Part shown: positions 56,738 through 64,000 of the stretch, piece by piece
Position numbering within the stretch: the stretch's first letter is position 1
Layout of the letters: each line of letters begins with the position of its first letter
Assembly: GCA_963804015.1 (NCBI GenBank)
Contig: CAWDOW010000014.1
Span: 171,128 to 235,127, forward strand
Source of the DNA: an uncultured Pseudomonadota bacterium
GTDB taxonomy: Bacteria > Pseudomonadota > Alphaproteobacteria > Rhizobiales > Xanthobacteraceae
Reading direction: 5' to 3'
Length of the DNA stretch: 64,000 nt
Made by a program: the position numbers and the translations under genes
Notes under the pieces: generated by a model
Told to the model about the DNA's origin: nothing
Database searches by the model: none
The model's input: the letters and a program-made list of their open reading frames with translations, nothing else

Positions 56738-57607
56738 ATGGCGAAGGTGGCGTTTCTGGGCCTGGGGGTGATGGGCTATCCGATGGCAGGGCACCTGAAG
56801 AACAAGGGTGGCCATGACGTCACCGTCTATAACCGCACCGGCCCCAAGGCCGACAAATGGGTCGCCCAGTACGGCGGCAAGAGTGCCAGGACCCCGAAGC
56901 AGGCGGCCGAGGGCCAGGATTTCGTGATGTGCTGCGTCGGCAATGACGACGACTTGCGCCAGGTCACGCTCGGCGCCGACGGCGCCTTTGCCGGCATGAA
57001 GAAGGGCTCGGTCTTCGTCGATCACACCACGGCCTCTGCCGAGATTGCGCGCGACCTGTACAAGGCAGGCAAGGAGCGCTCCTTCGATTGCATCGACGCG
57101 CCGGTTTCGGGCGGTCAGGCCGGCGCCGAGAATGGCGTGCTGACGGTCATGTGCGGCGGCGACGCCGAGCCCTTCGCGCGCGCGGAAAAGGTGATCGCGG
57201 CGTACGCCCGCGCCTGCAACCTGCTCGGCTCGCCAGGCGCGGGCCAACTCGCCAAGATGGTCAACCAGATCTGCATCGCGGGGCTGGTCCAGGGCCTTTC
57301 GGAGGGGCTGCATTTCGCGCAGAAGGCCGGGCTCGATATCGAGAAGCTGATCGCAACGATTTCGAAGGGCGCTGCGCAATCCTGGCAGATGGAGAATCGC
57401 TACAAGACCATGACCGACGGCAAGTTCGATTTCGGTTTCGCCGTCGACTGGATGCGCAAGGATCTCGGCATCTGCCTGTCGGAGGCCAGGCGCAACGGCG
57501 CGCATCTGCCGGTGACCGCGCTGGTCGACCAGTTCTATTCCGAGGTGCAGTCGATGGGCGGCAAACGCTGGGATACGTCGAGCCTGATCGCGCGGCTGAA
57601 TCGCTAG
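56738..57607 (+). CDS. NAD(P)-dependent beta-hydroxyacid dehydrogenase (3-hydroxyisobutyrate dehydrogenase family)
   Basis: FLGLGVMGYPMA, DAPVSGGQAGA, GQLAKMVNQ, KDLGI. Confidence 0.92.
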   Translation: MAKVAFLGLGVMGYPMAGHLKNKGGHDVTVYNRTGPKADKWVAQYGGKSARTPKQAAEGQDFVMCCVGNDDDLRQVTLGADGAFAGMKKGSVFVDHTTASAEIARDLYKAGKERSFDCIDAPVSGGQAGAENGVLTVMCGGDAEPFARAEKVIAAYARACNLLGSPGAGQLAKMVNQICIAGLVQGLSEGLHFAQKAGLDIEKLIATISKGAAQSWQMENRYKTMTDGKFDFGFAVDWMRKDLGICLSEARRNGAHLPVTALVDQFYSEVQSMGGKRWDTSSLIARLNR

Positions 57608-57645
57608 ATCACAGGAAGGGATCGCAGCAACTGGATCGAAGCGAT

Positions 57646-59570
57646 TTAACGTCGACGTCCGCCGCCACCGCCCCACCGCCGAAGCCGCGGCCGCCTCCGC
57701 CACCACCGCCGAAAGCTGCGGACGCTTTGCGCCTGCCGGAAATTGCCTCCGCCACCGCTACGGAACGCGGCCGCACCGCTGCGGAACGCGTTGCCGCCGC
57801 CGCTGCGGAAGCTCTGGGCATTGCGATTGCCGCCCCCACCGCCGCCACCTCCTGGCGCGAAGTTTCGGAAATTGCGATCGCGTGCGTCTTTGCCTCCGCG
57901 CAAGCTACGGCCGTTGCGTGCGTTGTCCGCCGCCACTGCGGGCGTTGCGGCCGCCGCCATCGCGCGCATTGCGGAACCTTGCCGTCACCTTTGCCGCGGG
58001 CATTGTTGTTGACACGCTTGGACTCGTTGCCGCGCTTGTTGTCGGCGTCGCGGCCGCCCTTGCCTTTGTTGCGGTCCTTCAGCGTGTTGCGGTCCTGATC
58101 GAGTTTCGACTTTTTGTTGTCCTTGTTCTGATTGGCGTTCGAGGGCAGATTGGCCTGCTTCTGGTTCTGATTTTGGTTTTTGTTTTGGCCTTGGTTCTGG
58201 TTCTGGTTCTTATTCTCGTTTTGATTGCGGTTCTGGTCCTTGTTTTCGTTGCGCTGGAACGGGATCACCGGATTGCGGTTGCCGCCGGCATTATTCTGCC
58301 CGCGCGGGAAGTTGATCAGCGACGAAGAGCGAACGACATTGACCTTGAAGTTGCCGAAGCGTCCTTCGTTCAGCCTCGGATCGCCGCGGCGCGGAAACGA
58401 GATTTCAATATTGCGCGGCCGCTGCTGAAGCTTGCGGGCGGCGAGCGCCATGGCGCCGTTACTGAATGTCGAGGCGAATTGCGCATAGGCCTCCGGCGTA
58501 TTGCGGTAGGTGACGTTCTGCCACTCGACCATTTCCTTGCGCAGCCCGAGTTTCCGCCGGATATGGACGGTGAGCGGATCCGCCGGATAGAGGCGGATGA
58601 ATTCCTCATAATACTCGATCGAGTCCTCCTCGATCACCACGTCATAGGCTTGGATCGCCGGACGCGAACCGAGATCGGCAACCGTCACCCGTTCGATCTG
58701 CGGTCGTCCGCCCGGAGCGCCGCCCGCCGCGCGCGGGGCGCTCGGCGCATTGGATCCGCCGTTAGCAGCAGGCGCATTCGAACCCGCGGGCGCGCCGGGA
58801 TTGTTGGACTGCCCGCCGATGCTCGAGAAGAAGACGAAATCGGATGTCAGCGAGGAACTCTCCCAGGGAGTTTGCTTGTTGTCGGTGGAGTCGTTGACCA
58901 GTCGCCGCACCTTCTTGAAGACCTGCTCGATCGGCAGATCGGGCTGTTTCGCAATGCGCATGAAGGCGGCCGCGAACGGGCTGTGCTTGCCGCTGCCGTC
59001 GAGCGCTTCGGTGCCCGGCGCGGTCGAATAGGCGACGATGGTGCCGGCCGGCGCATCGACGATGGCAAGCCCGCGGCCGCCGGTGGCCCCCGAAAACGGA
59101 TTGTTGCGGCATGCATCGAGGATCACGATGCGGATCTTGCTTGGAGCGGATTGCAATGCGCCCATCACGTCGGCGAGCTTGACGCCGTGCTGCGCAAGGT
59201 CGTCTTCCTTGGTCAGCCTGGCGTCGACCGGCACCAGATAATTCTCGCCGTCTACCTGCAGCCCATGACCGGCGTAATAGACGAGCGCGGCTGAATCGGC
59301 GCCCTTCTCGGCCACACGCGCGGAAAACTCCTCGATCGTCTGCTTCATTATGTCGCGCGACAGGTCGAATGCCATCACGACCTCGAAGCCTGCCGTATTC
59401 AGCAATTGCGCGACCGCCTGCGCATCGTTCTGCGGATTGGAGAGCGGCAAGTTGCTCTCGTAGGCGGAGTTCCCGATCACGAGCGCGAGCCGTTGCTCCG
59501 CCGACGCGTTACCCGCCGACCAGCCGAACCACGCCAACGCAATGACGATTGCAAACAGACGGTGCCACAT
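57646..59570 (-). CDS. Exported caspase-family (peptidase C14) protein with N/Q-rich and Gly/Arg-rich tail (frameshifts in tail)
   Basis: Signal peptide ASA-E, RLALVIGNSAY, YYAGHG, ILDACRNNPF, YSTAPG, QTPWESSSL; tail ends GGGGGRRR. Confidence 0.9.
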
Positions 59571-59685
59571 CAGGCGCTCCCTGCTCCGTATGCTGCCGAC
59601 CCGGGCCGGCGGCGCGGCGATGTCCCCTTGCTGGCCGCAACAATAAGGCCCGGCAACCCATTCCCGCAATCACATTGCAGTGCAT

Positions 59686-59718
59686 GAAAAGCAGGAAGGC
59701 CGGCTTGCGCCGGCCTTC
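59686..59718 (-). terminator. Intrinsic terminator between the two caspase genes
   Basis: GAAGGCCGGC/GCCGGCCTTC 10-bp stem followed by CTGCTTTTC on the minus strand. Confidence 0.7.
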
Positions 59719-59740
59719 GCGATTTTTGCGGAAGTTCCGA

Positions 59741-61687
59741 TCAGCGGCGACGACCGCCACCACCGCCACCGCCAAGCCACCGCCGCCAAACCGGGCACCG
59801 CCACCGCCGCCGGAAGAGAAGGACTGGCGGGGCGCCTGGAAGGACTGGCGCTGAACCTGGAAGTTCTGGCGCTGAACCTGCACTTGCGGCGCCCGCTGGA
59901 TCACCTGCGGCTGGCGCTGGATCTGCTGGCGCTGCACCTGCTGCTGGATCTGCTGACGCTGAACCTGCTGGATCTGCTGCTGGCGCTGAACCTGCTGCTG
60001 CTGAACCTGCAGTTGCTGACGCTGCAACTGCTGCTGTTGTTGCTGCTGCAGCGCCTGACGCTGGAGCTGGCCCTGGTTTTGCTGGTTCTGGTTCTGCAAC
60101 ACGCGGTTCTGGTTGTTGTTGTTGTTGTTTGCATTGTTGCCGTTCTGCTGCAGGTTGGCGACCCGGTTCTGGATATTGTTGTTGTTCACGCCATTCTGCT
60201 GCTGACCAACGCGGCTATTATTGTTGTTGATGTTGTTACCGTTCTGCTGCTGACCAAAGCGGCCGCCATTGTTGTTATTGTTGTTGCCGTTCTGCTGCTG
60301 GCCGAAGCGGCCACCATTGTTGTTGTTATTGTTGTTGCCGTTCTGCTGCTGGCCGAAGCGGCCACCATTGTTGTTATTGTTGTTGCCGTTCTGCTGCTGG
60401 CCGAAGCGGCCGCCATTGTTGTTGCCGTTCTGGAAGTTGCCCTGACGGCCGCCATTGTTGCTGATGCGCGAGAAGTCGATCGCCGGACGCTTGTTGTTGT
60501 TACCCGGTTCGAAGTCGATGCGACTGCCGAACCGGCCGTCGCCGAACCGGCCTTCACCCTTGCGCGGGAAGGCGATGTTGATGACACGCGGGCGCTCCTG
60601 CAGGCGGCGGGCAGCGAAAGCCAGATCGCTGTTGCCGAATTTGCGCACGAAGCCTTCATAGGCGTCGCGCGAGTTGGTGTGGGTAACGGCCTGCCAGGCA
60701 ACCATCTGCTGGCGGCGCGAGAGCAGCCGGCGGATGTGGTCGCAGCGCGGATCGGTCGGATAGAGCCGCACGAATTCTTCGTAATACTCGACCGAGTCTT
60801 CGGCGATCACGACCTCATAAGCGGCCGGCGCGGGACGCGAGCCGAGATCGGCCACCGTCACGCGGGCCGGGATCACGTCCGGAGCCGGCGCGCCGTTATT
60901 GACGTTCACGTTCGAGAAGAACACGAAGTCGGCGGTCAGCGAGGAGCTTTCCCACGGGGTCTGCTTGGTGTCGGTCGCCTCGTTGACCAGCACGCGGACC
61001 TTCTTGAAGACCTGCTCGATCGGCAGATTGGGGATCTTCGCGGTGCGCATGAAGGCGGCCGCATAGGGGCTGTGCCGGCCCGAGCCGTCGAAGGCTTCGG
61101 TGCCCGGCGCAGTCGAATAGGCGACGATCGAGCCCGCGGGCGCATCGACGATGGCAAGGCCGCTCGAGGTTCCACCGAACGGATTGTTGCGGCAGGCGTC
61201 GAGAATGACGATGCGCATCTTGGAAGTCGCGGCTTCCAGCGAGCCCATGACCTCGGCGAGCTTGACGCCCTGATCGTTCAGATCGGTTTCGTTTTCGAAC
61301 TTGGCGTCGGTCGGGATCAGGAAATTCTCGCCGTCGACCTGGATGCCGTGACCGGCGTAATAGACGAGGACGACGGTGTTCGGGCCCTTCTCGTTCGCAC
61401 GGGCGGCGAATTCCTCGACCGTCTGCTTCATGAGATCGCGGGCGAGGTCGAACGCCATGACGACCTCGAAGCCCGCATTGTTGAGGAGCTGCGAAACCGC
61501 CTGCGCGTCGTTGGTCGGGTTATTCAGCGGCTTGTTGCTGGTATATTGCGAATTGCCGATCACCAGCGCGATGCGGGCCTCGGGGGGCCGCCGGAGCTTG
61601 GGGATTGTTTTGCGCATTGGCGGAACCGGCCCACAGGAGGGCGGTTGCGGCAGCGGCGACTGCGAGGGTAGCGACCTTCCGAAACAT
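59741..61687 (-). CDS. Exported caspase-family (peptidase C14) protein with Q/N-rich prion-like tail (frameshifts near 61585 and 59775)
   Basis: AGGAGG RBS, signal peptide MFRKVATLAVAAAATALLWAGSANA-Q, RIALVIGNS, YYAGHG, ILDACRNNPF; tail ends GGGGGRRR. Confidence 0.9.
60239..60430 (-). repeat. Intragenic tandem repeat, 4 x GGRFGQQQNG(N)n
   Basis: CCGTTCTGCTGC recurs at 60239, 60287, 60338 and 60386 (spacing 48/51/48, all in frame). Confidence 0.9.
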
Positions 61688-61862
61688 GACGTCCTCCTGA
61701 AATGGGCAGATGTTTGCCTTGGAGGTTCGTCGCCGGCCGAGAGGGGGCGGTTCACGGATTTGGGCGCGCTAACGCAGCCGTGATCCCTTTGTTTTCAGGG
61801 ACTTGGGAACTCGCGCCCGGCCCTGAAAATCTGCGCCCCAATTGTCGGGCGATTCTTCAGCG

Positions 61863-61878
61863 TTAACAGCGGGTTAAC
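61863..61878. promoter_or_regulatory. CtrA-binding box
   Basis: TTAA-CAGCGGG-TTAAC, exact TTAA-N7-TTAA(C), about 175 nt upstream of the caspase gene. Confidence 0.65.
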
Positions 61879-61893
61879 ACATAAACCCGCCGT

Positions 61894-62506
61894 TCAGGCG
61901 CCAGCACTCGGGCGGGCCGCCAGTTCTGCATGCCAACGGGCCACATTTGCCAGTTCCGCCGGCAGCGGCAGCTTGGCAGCCCGCAAAAAGTCGACCGCAA
62001 TCAAACCGGTGATGTCGGCAACCGAATATTGGTCGCCGGCCGCGAAGCGCCGGTTCGCCAATTCCCGGTCGAGAATGGAAAGAAATTCGAGAACCCGGCC
62101 CTTGTTGACCTCGCCCCATTCGCGCGATCTGGGGCACCTCGAACTCCTTCATCCCCGGATGCAGGTGCCGGAACACCTGAGCGATCCCCAGCATCAGGTG
62201 CAGTTCGATGCGCCGCTGCCACATCTCGATGCTCGCGATTTCGAGCGGGGTTCGGCCGAACAGGGCCGGCTCGGGATGCAGGGCCTCGAAATAGCGGCAA
62301 ATGGCAATGGATTCGGTGAGAATGGTGCCGTCGTCGAGTTCGAGCGCCGGGACCCGCTGCAGCGGATTGACCGCGGTATAGCGCTCGGACTTGTGCTGCA
62401 TGGCGCCGAGATCGACCGGCTCGATCGGCACCTCGATCCCCTTCTCCTTCAGAAAAATCCGCACCCGCCTGGGATTGGGCGCCCGCCCGCCATCGTAAAG
62501 CTTCAC
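61894..62506 (-). CDS. Glutathione S-transferase family protein (frameshift near 62125)
   Basis: APNPRRVRIFLKEKG, NPLQRVPALELDDG, ESIAICRYFE; C-term FAAGDQYSVADIT..RPSA. Confidence 0.9.
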
Positions 62507-62582
62507 CCGTCTCTCCCCGGTTTTTGGCGGCGGTTTTACCCGCCGATTAAGGTTGCTCTTAAGGTTTTTGCGGGAGTTTAGA

Positions 62583-62747
62583 CGAGTGTGGTGGTTCAGA
62601 AATTCCCTGCAGCTCTGCCGCCCGCTCGCAACGGGAATTTCTGAACCAAACCACACTAAAATCAATACGTTGCTGGCGTCCTGCGAATCCGAAATTCGCT
62701 CAGGGGGGAGCAGCGGAGCCGGGCGAATTTCGGATTCGGGCCGCCAG
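62583..62747. repeat. Diverged copy of the bipartite double-hairpin element seen at 35455-35621
   Basis: AGTGTGG-TGGTTCAGAAATTCCC/GGGAATTTCTGAACCA-aa-CCACACT, AT-rich spacer, CGAATCCGAAATTCGC/GCGAATTTCGGATTCG. Confidence 0.88.
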
Positions 62748-62767
62748 GCTTTTCCAGGGACGGGCGG

Positions 62768-64000
62768 ATGACGACCAGTAACGCGAGCGACCAGCGCGAG
62801 GAGGCTGCTGCCAAACGGCGGCGGGTCGCCACCCAGCGCGTGCGCGATGCCCGCGACCGGCTGACCTCGGCCACCGGCACACGTCCGGTCTTCGACTACG
62901 AAATGATGCGGCTGTTCGCCCAGAACCGCCTGTCGGCGTCGCTGGTGGTGCTGCTCCTGGTCGGCGACCGTGGGCTTCCTGTCGAGCCTGTGGACCGGCG
63001 CCGCCACCGCCGGCATCTGGACCGCGGGCGTCCTGCTGATCCACGCCGTCATCGTCACCAAATGCCGCCAGTTCCTGGCCTTGCCCCCGTTCGAGGTGAA
63101 TCTGAAGGCCTGGCGGCTGCGCTTCGTGCTGCTCGACCTGTTCTTCGGCCTCGCCTGGATGTTCAACCTGGTGCAACCGATCGGCGTGATCGAAGGCACC
63201 GGCACCTTCATGCTGTTCGTGATGCTGCTGGTGGTCGCGGTCTCGAGCATGCTCGCCTTCTCGCTGCCGATCGCGGTGTTCGCCGCAACGGTGCCGGTGA
63301 CCGGCGCGGTCGCGATCAATTTCGCGCTGCAGGGCAACCTGCATTCCTACATCCTGGCGATCATGGCGGTGACGGCACAGGGCTATTTCCTGCTGCTGGC
63401 GCACCGGCTCTATTCGTCGGCCTTGCAGACGCTGCAGGCGCGCGCCGAGAAGGACATGCTGATCGGCGAACTGGAACAGGCCAAGACTATTTCGGACGAG
63501 GCGCGCCACCGCGCCGAAGCCGCCAATATCTCGAAGTCGCGTTTCCTGGCGCAGATGAGCCACGAGTTGCGCACCCCGCTCAACGCCATTCTCGGCTTTT
63601 CCGAGGTGATGAAGAACGAGATTTTCGGCGCGCATTCGGTCGCCGCCTACAAGGAATATTCCAACGACATTCATGATTCCGGCCAGCATCTGCTCGGCCT
63701 GATCAACGAAATCCTCGATCTGTCGCGCATCGAGGCCGGCCGCTACGAGCTGAACGAGGAAGCGGTGTCGCTCGTTGGCGTCGTCGAGGATTGCCACCAT
63801 CTGGTGAAACTGCGCGCCAAGAACCGCCTGATCACGATCCACGAAATGTTCGAAGCCGATCTGCCGCGGGTATGGGCCGATGAGCGCGCCATCCGCCAGA
63901 TCGCGCTCAACCTGCTCTCGAATGCGATCAAGTTCACCCCGCAAGGCGGTGAAATCTGGATCAAGGTCGGCTGGACAGCGTCGGGCGGACAATATTTCAG
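62768..64000 (+). CDS. Membrane-bound sensor histidine kinase, PleC/DivJ-like H-box (frameshift near 62965; runs off the window)
   Basis: Multi-TM N-terminus, then KSRFLAQMSHELRTPLNAILGFSE, LDLSRIEAG, NLLSNAIKFTP. Confidence 0.9.

Noticed and set aside
60239-60430. 48-51 bp periodic repeat as CRISPR
   Set aside because: In-frame coding repeat with near-identical intervening sequence inside the caspase gene.
57646-61687. Caspase pair as an anti-phage system (gasdermin, CHAT/TPR, NLR or CBASS linked)
   Set aside because: Both have export signals, and no gasdermin, STAND NTPase, TIR or cyclase gene is adjacent; the flanking genes are housekeeping.

Overview
A 64-kb, GC-rich chromosomal segment of an alphaproteobacterium, most likely Hyphomicrobiales (gene content, Irr/CtrA/EcfG-type motifs, rhizobial palindromic repeats). 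It is mostly housekeeping and metabolic genes: mmsA, pssA-psd, an ATM1-like ABC exporter, cysS-cimA, a homogentisate cluster, rhlE-infA, moaA, tRNA-Val, rpiA, gor, DAHP synthase, nadE, TRAP transporters and mrp/apbC. Dozens of single-base frameshifts, including in normally essential genes, point to uncorrected long-read indels, so ends of broken genes are reconstructed by eye. No integrase, transposase, prophage or CRISPR array was seen. Best leads: (1) two tandem exported caspase-family proteases with intact His/Cys dyads, long Q/N-rich prion-like and Gly/Arg/Phe-rich tails, and a perfect CtrA box upstream; (2) a family of CTAG-bounded double-hairpin elements, one nested inside another, with compensatory base changes between copies; (3) a leaderless Ile-rich uORF and two unannotated membrane micropeptides in the cysS-cimA operon; (4) a P450-SABATH methyltransferase-Tat glucosidase operon; (5) a GluR0-like channel lacking the K+ filter.
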